A DNA stretch of 26,310 nucleotides. It comes from a virus (taxonomy: Duplodnaviria; Caudoviricetes). Shown here piece after piece: positions 1 to 10,854 of the stretch. The notes below the pieces were generated by a model. The model searched no databases. It saw only the letters and a list, made by a program, of their open reading frames with translations, and was not told the origin of the DNA. Position 1 is the first letter of the stretch. Every line of letters starts with the position of its first letter. The translations under genes were made by a program, and so were the position numbers. The stretch spans positions 1 through 26,310 of the IMG/VR virus record IMGVR_UViG_3300005805_000412, one strand, 5' to 3'.

Positions 1-1
1 G

Positions 2-1967
<1,966 letters not shown>

Positions 1968-1972
1968 ACAAG

Positions 1973-3901
1973 ATGTCAAATACAGCAACCAATTATATTA
2001 ATTTGATACGTAAAGATTATCCTGTGAGGGGTAAGGATAATGACTCTCAAGGGTTTAGGGATAACTTTACCAATATTAGTAAAGCATTAGAAACTATTAA
2101 TAGTGATGTGAGCACTCTTGGTAATATTGCTGTATTATCAAATACTACCGCTACATTTTTTGGTAACAATATTGAAGAAGCAAACTTTAAAAATTGCTCA
2201 ACTGAATTATGGGATAACGGCACATTAAGCGGTAATATCACACTAGATTACACACTAGGCAGTTATCAAAAGTTAACTGTGGAAGCAGGTGATAACTTTG
2301 TTACGATTCAAAACTGGCCAGACGAAGGTTCTTCAGGCAACATGAATTTAGCTATCTATCCTGTAGCTGAAGAAGGTGTGTATACAGTAAGATTTATTGG
2401 GGATTCTATAACTTCATTAGGTCCATCAAAAAATCCCTACCGATTAGTAAGTGGCGCTAACCTATTTCAAATCTACAGTGAGTACGCGGCTGGAGCAGAT
2501 AATCCTACAATTCACACAAGATTATTGAATGAACTTGCACAATTAACTACCTCAACTACGCAAGTTAGAGCAGATGAATTAATCTTAAACAACAAAAAAT
2601 TACCCATTGATACTGGGCAGGATGTAACTATAAGAGTAAGCACTGCGTCAGGTTCGACCTCGGCTACGGTAATTCAATCAAAAGTAGCAGGCAAATCGGT
2701 CTCCGCTAATATTGGTTTAGTAGCTAACAAAGTTGTACACACTGTAGTAGACATTGACCCTACAGGGTTTGTAAGCACGACCACTGCCAACAAGATCCAA
2801 TTAAATTCTGTTTCTGGCATTTTATTGGGTGCTACATTTGGTTTACTTAATAACACAGCAAATTTTAAAGTAACCGACATTTCGACCACAGCTAGCGTAA
2901 TAACCTGTACTCCTGTGTTTAATGTTGGTATTGGCACAGGCGAAGTAATTTTTAGAAATCCCATGTACGGCGATACTTTGGATGGCATACAATTAGGCAG
3001 CAAAACAGCATTCCCTACTCTGTTAACCTTATTAGACGGATCAGAATATATTGCTGCAAATACTTCAACTGGTAGGGTTGGCGTATTCAGAGGATCACTG
3101 TATGCTAGCGCCAATACCTTAGAAATCACTTTCCAGGATTACGGCAGCGGGATTAAAAATACATTTACTGCCAGTACCATGGTGTCTACAACTGCGTCTA
3201 ACGACAGTGTAGACTTAGCTAATACTCAATTCGTCCATGACATATTACCAGCTGGTTCAATTATCATGTGGTATGGCGATATATCTAATATACCAACTGG
3301 TTGGAAATTGTGCGACGGTTCTACATACACAGTTCTAGGAACTACCGCTACTGTTAAGTCACCAGATTTAAGAAATAGATTTGTAATTGGAGCTGATACC
3401 GATCTAGTTGTTAACGGATTAGATCCCATCAACAGTCGAGTAGCTTCATCCAGTATTCTAGGACAGAATACTACCACAGGTGGTACAGCGGTTGCGGCCA
3501 TTGTTACACATAATCACGTTAGCACCGGTACTTTTGTCAGCCCTCCACATACACACGATATTGAAGATGAAGGTCATACTCATGTATTGACCGACAGAGC
3601 TGGCGTACTAGCAGGTGATGGTGTTGCTAGAGCAGATATCGATAGTGATGATAGAATTTGCCTGTTTGGTAGTTACGATCTTGTTAAAACTAGTAAATCA
3701 GCCACAACTGGTATATTGATTGAAAATTCTACAACAATCGTCAACGCCAATTTACAGGTGTTACATACAGGTACAACTTATCAATCTAGTTTTGGTACAA
3801 CGTTGTCCGGACAACCTGTGCTTGAAGGAAATAATGTTGCCAATATTCCGCCGTTCTATGCGCTGGCTTATATAATTAAGATTACCGGTTATCGTGCATA
3901 A
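1973..3901 (+). CDS. Tail fibre/baseplate protein with phage tail-collar domain
   Basis: LPAGSIIMWYG...PTGWKLCDGS...PDLRNRFVIGA collar motif, HxH motifs (THNH, HTHD, GHTH) and C-terminal NIPPFYALAYIIK. Thr/Ser/Gly-rich. Confidence 0.8.
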   Translation: MSNTATNYINLIRKDYPVRGKDNDSQGFRDNFTNISKALETINSDVSTLGNIAVLSNTTATFFGNNIEEANFKNCSTELWDNGTLSGNITLDYTLGSYQKLTVEAGDNFVTIQNWPDEGSSGNMNLAIYPVAEEGVYTVRFIGDSITSLGPSKNPYRLVSGANLFQIYSEYAAGADNPTIHTRLLNELAQLTTSTTQVRADELILNNKKLPIDTGQDVTIRVSTASGSTSATVIQSKVAGKSVSANIGLVANKVVHTVVDIDPTGFVSTTTANKIQLNSVSGILLGATFGLLNNTANFKVTDISTTASVITCTPVFNVGIGTGEVIFRNPMYGDTLDGIQLGSKTAFPTLLTLLDGSEYIAANTSTGRVGVFRGSLYASANTLEITFQDYGSGIKNTFTASTMVSTTASNDSVDLANTQFVHDILPAGSIIMWYGDISNIPTGWKLCDGSTYTVLGTTATVKSPDLRNRFVIGADTDLVVNGLDPINSRVASSSILGQNTTTGGTAVAAIVTHNHVSTGTFVSPPHTHDIEDEGHTHVLTDRAGVLAGDGVARADIDSDDRICLFGSYDLVKTSKSATTGILIENSTTIVNANLQVLHTGTTYQSSFGTTLSGQPVLEGNNVANIPPFYALAYIIKITGYRA

Positions 3902-4143
3902 TGTATCATCCTTTAGTATCAGATCCAAGAAAATTTAAAGACCAAGAACTAGACGATAAAATACAAGAGCTTAGTAAAAAATATCATCTAGCAGCAAGAA
4001 GTGGTCAGGGCGGAATTTGCACTCAAATTCTTGCAGCTTTGGATATGTTTAAGGCAGAAGCGGAACGCCGCAGAATAGAAAGCATAGATAATCTTATAAA
4101 GAAACAAAATAAAGACCTAGACGATCTAATTAATGTTGACTAA
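3901..4143 (+). CDS. Hypothetical protein (helical, 80 aa)
   Basis: ORF overlapping the upstream stop (TAATG), tightly packed. Confidence 0.7.
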   Translation: MYHPLVSDPRKFKDQELDDKIQELSKKYHLAARSGQGGICTQILAALDMFKAEAERRRIESIDNLIKKQNKDLDDLINVD

Positions 4144-4693
4144 TAAACCAGAACACTTTGTATGGACTACCGAAATAGTTTGTACTTTCATATCCGATAA
4201 CATTCTCATCCCCAATATCTATAGTCTAAGTATAGGCATGGAGCCTAATACATCAAACACTGATGATATTGATTTGGGGTTTAAAAAATTGAAACATTTT
4301 GTTTCAGACTATCTCCAAAATTCAATTTTTGTTTTTAAAGACTCAGATTTAGTAAAACCACTATCAAAACTAGATACTAATTTAGTTCTATTTCCGGATG
4401 AACCATTTGATTATTTGGTGGCTGCTATTCTATATAGAAAATTTTCTGTAATCACTGACAAATACTTTAGTATTGGATTTATTACCATTGACAGTTCTAT
4501 TGGTGACCATGTACAATACACACTTACCGTGGACTGTGAGGTAGAGTCTGAACTCAATGGTGATTACTGGTGGAACAAAGACAATGTTAACACTGGAACG
4601 GATGATCACACCAGTTGGGACGATCTTAATCTCAAGGAAACTCCACGCTTTTCACCCAAAGTGGTAAAGGGCGGCAAAAGTGAAAACAAATGA
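4133..4693 (+). CDS. Hypothetical protein
   Basis: 186-aa ORF overlapping both neighbours; no motif recognised with confidence. Confidence 0.7.
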   Translation: MLTNKPEHFVWTTEIVCTFISDNILIPNIYSLSIGMEPNTSNTDDIDLGFKKLKHFVSDYLQNSIFVFKDSDLVKPLSKLDTNLVLFPDEPFDYLVAAILYRKFSVITDKYFSIGFITIDSSIGDHVQYTLTVDCEVESELNGDYWWNKDNVNTGTDDHTSWDDLNLKETPRFSPKVVKGGKSENK

Positions 4694-5198
4694 ATTTGGA
4701 CAAGTTGAAGTAACAGAGCAAGAAGCATTCACGGCACTATTACAGAAAAAAATTCCAGATCTTGCTAATGTATTTTTGGAAGATCCTATTGTAATAGATC
4801 AGTATAACACTGCCAGAAACACAAATGCTGATCGCATTCCGCCGCTGCTGGCGCTAGAAGAATTGAAAATTTCTCTAGAAGACTTTGATAAAGTGAATCA
4901 AGAAAAATGGTTCATGCCCCAAGACTATTGCCCAAACCTAATAGAATGGCTGTTTGCTCAGTGCTCAAACGATGAACAGGCTATTAGAGTAAGCGAAGAA
5001 CTGGAATTGTTCATTCAATACAAGATGACGGATGTATTGAGGTATGTTAAATACCTCGTCGATACAATGCGTAAAGAAGGCATAGTATGGGGCGTAGGCA
5101 GAGGCAGTAGTGTAGCTTCCTACGTATTATATTTGATCGGTGTTCATAAAATTGACAGCATCAAATATAATCTTGACATACGTGAATTCTTAAAATAG
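4680..5198 (+). CDS. DNA polymerase III alpha (DnaE)-like fragment (GRGS region only)
   Basis: RVSEELELF...YLVDTMRKEGIVWGVGRGSSVASYVLYLIGVHKIDSIKYNLDIREFL parallels DnaE RL..EL..I....G.GRGS.AGSLV.Y.LGIT.IDP....L.FERFL. It lacks the PHP domain and the PDIDxD catalytic motif. Confidence 0.8.
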   Translation: MKTNEFGQVEVTEQEAFTALLQKKIPDLANVFLEDPIVIDQYNTARNTNADRIPPLLALEELKISLEDFDKVNQEKWFMPQDYCPNLIEWLFAQCSNDEQAIRVSEELELFIQYKMTDVLRYVKYLVDTMRKEGIVWGVGRGSSVASYVLYLIGVHKIDSIKYNLDIREFLK

Positions 5199-5207
5199 GA
5201 GATAAAC

Positions 5208-5495
5208 ATGCCAAAATATAGATCAATGCAGGGCAAGGAAGTTGACATGGATAAGTTAATGCAACAAAACGAACTTATGCCTGCCATCGGTAATATGAAG
5301 GTTAATGCTCGCGGAGACGAATTAGGTCCAGGCGGTCAAATTATAAGAAAGCGCGAGGACGTAATGGCCGCATATTATGAAAATAATCCCAAGAGCAGAA
5401 TTAACCGATCACCTCCACCGAAACCCTCTGTAAAAGAAGAAAAAACAACTCAAGTTAAATCAAAAAAACCACAGGTAAGCGACGATGAAAGTTAA
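5208..5495 (+). CDS. Hypothetical protein
   Basis: Strong SD (AGGAG) upstream of ATG 5208; basic/Pro-rich C-terminus. Confidence 0.75.
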   Translation: MPKYRSMQGKEVDMDKLMQQNELMPAIGNMKVNARGDELGPGGQIIRKREDVMAAYYENNPKSRINRSPPPKPSVKEEKTTQVKSKKPQVSDDES

Positions 5496-5826
5496 AGGAA
5501 CAATCAGACCTCTCAAAGATAAAGTCTTTGTAAGCGATATGAATTTTGATGCTCAAATTACTGCCGGCGGGCTTTATATCCCCAGTTCAGACGGTAAGGC
5601 TGAAGGTATTACACCACGTTGGGGGAAAGTATACGCTATAGGTCCAGAACAAACTGAAGTTAAAATAGGTGACTGGGTTATGATTGAGCACGGTCGATGG
5701 ACTAGAGGCGTAGATGTTGCGGTAACAGAAGATACACATTTTACCGTTAGAATGATCGACGCTGATGCAATCATGCTGGTTTCAGAAGAAAAACCGCAAG
5801 AAGAAGTGTATCGACGAGCAGACTAA
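5485..5826 (+). CDS. groES: Co-chaperonin GroES-like protein
   Basis: IRPLKDKVFV...TAGGLYIP...GKVYAIGP...VKIGDWV matches GroES (IRPL.DRV; T.GGI.LP mobile loop; G.V.AVG.G; VKVGD.V). Confidence 0.85.
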   Translation: MKVKGTIRPLKDKVFVSDMNFDAQITAGGLYIPSSDGKAEGITPRWGKVYAIGPEQTEVKIGDWVMIEHGRWTRGVDVAVTEDTHFTVRMIDADAIMLVSEEKPQEEVYRRAD

Positions 5827-5827
5827 A

Positions 5828-6061
5828 TTGGAATACAGTATAGAAAGTATAACACGCCAAATCAATGCAGCGTCTTATCGCTGCAGTGATCCTAGGGAAG
5901 ATGGTTTTAGCACCTGGGGTGTTAAACAAGATCTCTATAGAGTTAAATGGTGTGTGGAAGAAGCATTACGTCGCTGTCCTACATATGTGGGAGAGCCAGA
6001 ATGGTTAAAAGAACAAGAAAAGAAAAAAATAATGAGGATATTAAAAGATGGAACACCCTGA
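5828..6061 (+). CDS. Hypothetical protein (start probably TTG 5828 rather than 5765)
   Basis: In-frame TTG just after the GroES stop; the ORF fills the gap to the next gene. The start is uncertain. Confidence 0.55.
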   Translation: MEYSIESITRQINAASYRCSDPREDGFSTWGVKQDLYRVKWCVEEALRRCPTYVGEPEWLKEQEKKKIMRILKDGTP

Positions 6062-6206
6062 CGCAAAGAAACATTTACAAATCAGCATTCTCAAAAGCGT
6101 TCTACGCATTATCGCAGGAACTGCCCTAGTCTTTCAAGCTTTTATAATAGCAGGCGCGCTGCTTGTGTTAGCAGAAGTATTAGGTATTGCTGAAGAATTA
6201 GTATGA
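6048..6206 (+). CDS. Small membrane protein, 52 aa (not in ORF track)
   Basis: MEHPDAKKHLQISILKSVLRIIAGTALVFQAFIIAGALLVLAEVLGIAEELV*. Hydrophobic core, AGGA upstream, ATGA overlap with the next ORF. Confidence 0.7.
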   Translation: MEHPDAKKHLQISILKSVLRIIAGTALVFQAFIIAGALLVLAEVLGIAEELV

Positions 6207-6373
6207 ACAAAGTTTTGTTCGAAAGAGTCTGCGAACTAGAAGCCAAATTAGAACTTGAAATACAGAAACGTTGGCAGGCCGAACAGCAAGTGCTAAATGT
6301 AGAAAAAGAACTACATAGACTAAAATATCTAATGTCAAAACAACAGGATTCAGATGAAACAACTATGGGTTGA
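6203..6373 (+). CDS. Small coiled-coil protein, 56 aa (not in ORF track)
   Basis: MNKVLFERVCELEAKLELEIQKRWQAEQQVLNVEKELHRLKYLMSKQQDSDETTMG*. ATGA coupling to the upstream gene; heptad-like pattern. Confidence 0.6.
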   Translation: MNKVLFERVCELEAKLELEIQKRWQAEQQVLNVEKELHRLKYLMSKQQDSDETTMG

Positions 6374-7286
6374 GAAATATCGTCCAAAAAGCATAGACGA
6401 ATACGTGTTCGTAGATGATGCGCAGCGTCGTCAAGTCGCTAATTGGATTAAAGAAGGCAGTATTCCGCATCTACTATTCAGCGGTAGTGCCGGTATCGGC
6501 AAAACTACTCTTGCTAAAGTACTATTGAACGAACTAGGCATCGAAGAATATGATGTATTAGAAATCAATGCTAGTCGCGAGAACGATGTCAACACTGTTC
6601 GAGACAAGATTGTAAACTTTGTGCAGATGATTCCGTTTGGTCCTTTCAAAGTCGTGCTACTTGACGAGGCCGATTATCTTACTCCCAACGCACAGGCAAT
6701 ACTGCGTGGTGTTATGGAGACTTACAGTAACCACAGTAGATTTATCCTAACCTGTAATTATGAAAACAAGATTATTCCTGCACTTCACAGTCGCTGTCAA
6801 GGGTTTCATATTACTAAGACCGATCAAACAGAGTTTACCGCAAGGGTAGCAACTATTCTAGTATCAGAAAACGTAGACTTTGAACTAGACACATTAGACA
6901 CTTATGTAAAAATTGCCTACCCAGATCTACGCAAATGTATTAATCTTTTGCAACAAAATGTTTCTCAAGATAACAAATTAGTTTCCCCCACTGCGGGAGA
7001 TAATGCAGGCAATGATTATAAAATTGAAATGGTAGATTTATTTAAAAAGGGTAGAATTGCAGAAGCAAGAAAACTACTATGTAGTAAAGCTCGTCCAGAA
7101 GAAATTGAAGATATCTATCGCTGGATGTATGACAATTTAGATCTATTTGGGGATGATGAAGAATCTAAAGATACAGCTTTATTGATTATTAAGCAGGGCT
7201 TAGTTGATCATACACTAATTGCTGACCCGGAAATTAATTTAGCAGCAGTCCTAGTTAAATTGGCAAGGATAAAATTAAAAGATTGA
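6354..7286 (+). CDS. Clamp loader AAA+ subunit (RFC small subunit / T4 gp44-like)
   Basis: WVEKYRP, Walker A GSAGIGKT, INAS, Walker B LLDEAD, SRC arginine-finger motif, DLR sensor 2. Confidence 0.93.
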   Translation: MKQLWVEKYRPKSIDEYVFVDDAQRRQVANWIKEGSIPHLLFSGSAGIGKTTLAKVLLNELGIEEYDVLEINASRENDVNTVRDKIVNFVQMIPFGPFKVVLLDEADYLTPNAQAILRGVMETYSNHSRFILTCNYENKIIPALHSRCQGFHITKTDQTEFTARVATILVSENVDFELDTLDTYVKIAYPDLRKCINLLQQNVSQDNKLVSPTAGDNAGNDYKIEMVDLFKKGRIAEARKLLCSKARPEEIEDIYRWMYDNLDLFGDDEESKDTALLIIKQGLVDHTLIADPEINLAAVLVKLARIKLKD

Positions 7287-7327
7287 GCGACGTTTGCAGG
7301 TCAAACCTAGTCGCTCAATCTTTTTTG
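7277..7327. terminator. Probable bidirectional intrinsic terminator
   Basis: GATTGAGCGAC (7281-7291) and GTCGCTCAATC (7310-7320) form a perfect 11-bp stem. T7 follows and A4 precedes it. It lies between the convergent clamp loader and phoH genes. Confidence 0.85.
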
Positions 7328-7341
7328 CTAAAATTTAATCG

Positions 7342-8085
7342 TTATACAATCTCCTTATAAATTGAAAGTATTTCTTTCACCACCGGATGTCTTTCCACAT
7401 CTAATGGTGTAAACTTTGCCATCCCGATTAATTTAACGTCACCTCCTTCATTATATAATCTGCAAAAATCTAATAGGCCATTTTCTCTAGGTCGATCTGC
7501 TTGTCCCAAATCACCGGTAACGACCATTCTACTGTTTTCACCCAATCGAGTTAATAACATTTTCATTTGAGAAGCGGTTGCATTCTGCATTTCATCTGCA
7601 ATTACAAATGCATTTTTGAATGTGCGTCCTCTCATGTATGCCAGCGGGCTTATTTCTACTATTCCGTATTCCAACATAGTTTTTAGTTCTTTAGGATGAT
7701 AGTATTCTTCTAGAACATCAAATATAGGCTTTGTCCACGGCTCCATTTTTTGATTAAGTGTACCTGGCAAAAATCCATGTTCCTCATCCACACTTACAGC
7801 AGGACGGGTAACAATAATTTTGCTTATAGCTCCTTCTTTGAGTTGTTTGATTGCTGTCTGCACTGCAAGCATGGTTTTGCCGGTACCTGCAGGACCAATC
7901 GCAAAAATTATAGTTTTGCGATTATTTTTTAGCAATTCTATGTAGTGTTCTTGAGATACACTTCTGGGTATTAATTCTACTTGATTTTTCTTTTTTAAGT
8001 AGGGCTTGATCTGTATTAGGTTATTTTCAACTGTTTCAAAACGCGGATCGCGTTCTTCTTTAAATTTTCTTCTGCTTTTTGGCAT
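7342..8085 (-). CDS. phoH: PhoH-family ATPase
   Basis: GPAGTGKT, VTRP, GFLPG, LAYMRGRTF, DEMQN, GD..QAD, VERHP motifs. Start probably 8085 (GGGGGA SD-like sequence upstream) rather than 8097. Confidence 0.93.
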   Translation of the reverse strand: MPKSRRKFKEERDPRFETVENNLIQIKPYLKKKNQVELIPRSVSQEHYIELLKNNRKTIIFAIGPAGTGKTMLAVQTAIKQLKEGAISKIIVTRPAVSVDEEHGFLPGTLNQKMEPWTKPIFDVLEEYYHPKELKTMLEYGIVEISPLAYMRGRTFKNAFVIADEMQNATASQMKMLLTRLGENSRMVVTGDLGQADRPRENGLLDFCRLYNEGGDVKLIGMAKFTPLDVERHPVVKEILSIYKEIV

Positions 8086-8123
8086 CGAATCCCCCATATG
8101 TGAAAATGGTTGACCTGCACAGA

Positions 8124-8129
8124 TATTTA
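8124..8129 (-). promoter_or_regulatory. Candidate late promoter TAAATA for phoH
   Basis: TATTTA on the + strand in the divergent intergenic region, about 40 nt upstream of phoH. Confidence 0.45.
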
Positions 8130-8197
8130 CTCAGTTGAGAAAAAATAAGCAGGAAACACTAGGATTTTTAGAAACAATCAAATGCTGATTTTTAACA

Positions 8198-8203
8198 TAA
8201 ATA
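8198..8203 (+). promoter_or_regulatory. Candidate late promoter (CA)TAAATA
   Basis: CATAAATA is one mismatch from T4 TATAAATA and is followed by AGGA SD and ATG 8222. Confidence 0.55.
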
Positions 8204-8221
8204 ATGTACAGGAACATTCAT

Positions 8222-8749
8222 ATGCACTATGATATCGCAGAAGTTATTAAGAATATACAAACACTCAGTGAAAACACGGGTGCGTTTGAAGTATTAAAAG
8301 ACTTTGAACGTGTGCTAGACGAACTAGACATATATGTGTTTAAGAACTGGGAAGAAGGTGAACTCTGCGAAGGTCCTATCGTTAATAGATACAGTGTAAA
8401 ATGCAGCTTTATGTGGGAAGCTAAGGAAATGCCGGATCCACAGGGCGGCAAAAGATTATTAGATTATGGTTGTAAAGTTGTTTACAAAAAAACCAAAGTA
8501 TTAGTACCACGTAAGATTAAAGATCCTAGCGATTACAGACCTGGTACAAAAAAAGGCAAAATTGATCCGCATCCCGTTTGGATTGTTAGCATAGACATGC
8601 CTAAAAAGCTAATGCAGGATGTGGGAGTAGGTAGTGAAAATAGAGAAAATTTACAAATGGCGGAAATGATGAGATATAGTCAACAGAATCCAGCAGACGT
8701 TCAACCGCCAGCAGCAGAATCACCGGCGGAGGCTCCAGCAGGTGCATAA
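8222..8749 (+). CDS. Hypothetical protein (start probably ATG 8222)
   Basis: Long ORF with SD AGGA before 8222; Pro/Ala-rich tail. Confidence 0.75.
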   Translation: MHYDIAEVIKNIQTLSENTGAFEVLKDFERVLDELDIYVFKNWEEGELCEGPIVNRYSVKCSFMWEAKEMPDPQGGKRLLDYGCKVVYKKTKVLVPRKIKDPSDYRPGTKKGKIDPHPVWIVSIDMPKKLMQDVGVGSENRENLQMAEMMRYSQQNPADVQPPAAESPAEAPAGA

Positions 8750-9485
8750 ACTAATTCAAGAAGGTCTCAGACACGAAGATCTAAAAGATTTTGTAAGCGA
8801 AGTTTTTACAGTTGACCATTTTAAAAGTAAAATGGGCGAAGATAGAGATGTTGTAGTCATTGGCTTTCGTGTAAAAGAAAAATATCCTGCTATCGATCTA
8901 ATGGAATTTATTGAAAAGGGCTATAAATTTATTCTAGACGGAGACATGAGTAGTGGCGAAGAAAATGACGGTCAATATCAAGTGTTTGTGGAAATTGAGC
9001 GTACTCCACAATTGCCATCGCAGCTTAGAGAACTATTAATGGGAATAGGACAACTTTGCGGATGCTATGAATGGAAATTTAGATATCATAAATCTTCCAA
9101 TATTGTAGAATTTACCGAACAGGCAGTGTTAGAAAACATACCTTTGACTCCAGCTGATTATGAAATGAAAATTTTAGAAGTAAAAAATCATGATATTCGT
9201 GAGTTTTTTGATCAGGGTGCTACATCAGTTTCCCTAGCAGCAGATAACACACTTACTTTTAACAAGCCATTTGCAGGTGATGTTACTGCAAAATTTATTA
9301 GTATTGGCGATTATGCAGATGTCAAACAAACTTTACCAGGTGCAGTAAGCTTAGATGAAAGTAGTCAGAGTCAAGTTTTATTTTTAAACAAGTATCTTGG
9401 TAATTACGACATACATAAAATTAATGATAAATTTTTGATTAGAAATAAAACCAAAGCAGTGGTCTTAGAAAAGACGCATTGGTAA
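8742..9485 (+). CDS. Hypothetical protein
   Basis: 247-aa ORF, GTG start overlapping the upstream gene. Confidence 0.75.
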   Translation: MHKLIQEGLRHEDLKDFVSEVFTVDHFKSKMGEDRDVVVIGFRVKEKYPAIDLMEFIEKGYKFILDGDMSSGEENDGQYQVFVEIERTPQLPSQLRELLMGIGQLCGCYEWKFRYHKSSNIVEFTEQAVLENIPLTPADYEMKILEVKNHDIREFFDQGATSVSLAADNTLTFNKPFAGDVTAKFISIGDYADVKQTLPGAVSLDESSQSQVLFLNKYLGNYDIHKINDKFLIRNKTKAVVLEKTHW

Positions 9486-9513
9486 TTGACTTTTTACAAA
9501 AATAATTTATAAT
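9486..9513 (+). promoter_or_regulatory. Sigma70-type promoter
   Basis: TTGACT (9486-9491), 16-nt spacer, TATAAT (9508-9513); ATG 7 nt downstream. Confidence 0.7.
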
Positions 9514-9520
9514 AGTCTAT

Positions 9521-10336
9521 ATGCAAGATTATTATTCTACGCTAGGCGTATCCAGAACAGCAAGCCCAGAAGAAATTAAAAAAGCCTACAGAAAACTGGC
9601 TTCCCAATATCATCCAGATCGCGGAGGCAGTAAAGAAAAGTTTCAAGATATACAGGCTGCTTACGATACACTTAGCGATCCAAACAAAAGACAACAGTAC
9701 GACAACCCGCAGCCACAATTTCATTTCCAGCAGGGAGGGGTTCCTCCAGGTTTTGAAGATTTTTTTGCCAATTTTGGTGCTAGTCCCTTTGGAGACTTTT
9801 TTGGACAACGTCGTCCTAGAAACAGAAATATCAATGTTCAAACCACAATTAGCCTAGAAGAGGCGTTTCATGGCAAGGATATGGTGGCTAATATCACTCT
9901 GCCGAATGGTAGAGATAAAACTTTACAGATTAAAATACCGGCAGGAATCCAAGACGGCACTACACTAAGACTTTCTGGTATTGGAGAGGATGCTATCGCG
10001 GGTGTACCTCCAGGCGACATTTATCTTACTGTGCATGTATTGCCGCATCCTGTATTCCAAAGAAATGGCGACGATCTAATTCAAAATATTAAAATAACCT
10101 GCATAGATGCCATGCTAGGTACCACAGTGCGTATAACAACACTGGATAATAAAAATTTAGATGTGAATATTTTGCCAGGCACACAGCCAGGATCAGTGTT
10201 AAGTATTTCTGGACATGGAATGCCTATGATGGCTGACCAAAGATTGAAAGGCAGATTGTTACTGCAAATACTGGTAGAAATTCCAACCAATTTAACAGAA
10301 CAACAAAAAAACATTTTACAATTTAATTTTACTTAA
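9521..10336 (+). CDS. dnaJ: DnaJ-family co-chaperone, type II (CbpA-like, no zinc finger)
   Basis: DYYSTLGV..AS.EEIKKAYRKLA..YHPD J-domain, G/F-rich linker, C-terminal domain (ISLEEAFHG; IPAG; GDIY; GDDL). No CxxCxGxG repeats. Confidence 0.92.
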   Translation: MQDYYSTLGVSRTASPEEIKKAYRKLASQYHPDRGGSKEKFQDIQAAYDTLSDPNKRQQYDNPQPQFHFQQGGVPPGFEDFFANFGASPFGDFFGQRRPRNRNINVQTTISLEEAFHGKDMVANITLPNGRDKTLQIKIPAGIQDGTTLRLSGIGEDAIAGVPPGDIYLTVHVLPHPVFQRNGDDLIQNIKITCIDAMLGTTVRITTLDNKNLDVNILPGTQPGSVLSISGHGMPMMADQRLKGRLLLQILVEIPTNLTEQQKNILQFNFT

Positions 10337-10339
10337 ATA
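10334..10339 (+). promoter_or_regulatory. Candidate late promoter TAAATA overlapping the dnaJ stop
   Basis: TAAATA 5 nt before ATG 10345; no SD. Confidence 0.4.
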
Positions 10340-10344
10340 TTTTT

Positions 10345-10854
10345 ATGCTAAAAATAGTTAAATTTCCCGATCCAATACTTCGGGAGAAAATGCCCTTATT
10401 TAATTTTGATAATCCTTCTCACGATCCAAAACAGCTAGAGAAAGATTTAATCTTAGCTATGTTTGCTAACAACGGTATGGGCCTTAGTTGTAACCAAGTA
10501 GGTATACGAGTAAGAATGTTTGTAATGGGTCATCAAAGCGATCCGCAATCTGCTGCTGCATTTTATAATCCAGAAGTATTAGCCACAGTGGAATCTATGG
10601 ACGATCTAGAGGAAGGTTGTTTGAGTTTTCCAGGTATATATGTTAAAATTAAAAGACCTATTAAGATCAAAGTAAGATGGCAAAACAGCAGTGGCGAAAT
10701 TCAAGAAGGTGTTTTTGAAAACTACGCAGCAAAATGCTTTTTGCATGAATTAGACCATTTAGAAGGTATTGTTTTTAAAGACAGAACTAGCGATTTAAAA
10801 TGGACTAGTGCTGTTAAAAAAAGTATAAAAGAAAATAAAAGGAAAAATTTTTAA
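10345..10854 (+). CDS. def: Peptide deformylase
   Basis: Motifs GMGLSCNQ (GxGxAAxQ variant), EGCLS and HELDH. Confidence 0.93.
   Translation: MLKIVKFPDPILREKMPLFNFDNPSHDPKQLEKDLILAMFANNGMGLSCNQVGIRVRMFVMGHQSDPQSAAAFYNPEVLATVESMDDLEEGCLSFPGIYVKIKRPIKIKVRWQNSSGEIQEGVFENYAAKCFLHELDHLEGIVFKDRTSDLKWTSAVKKSIKENKRKNF

Noticed and set aside
5173-5196. TTGACA ... TAAAAT as a sigma70 promoter
   Set aside because: The spacer is only 12 nt and the site lies within coding sequence.
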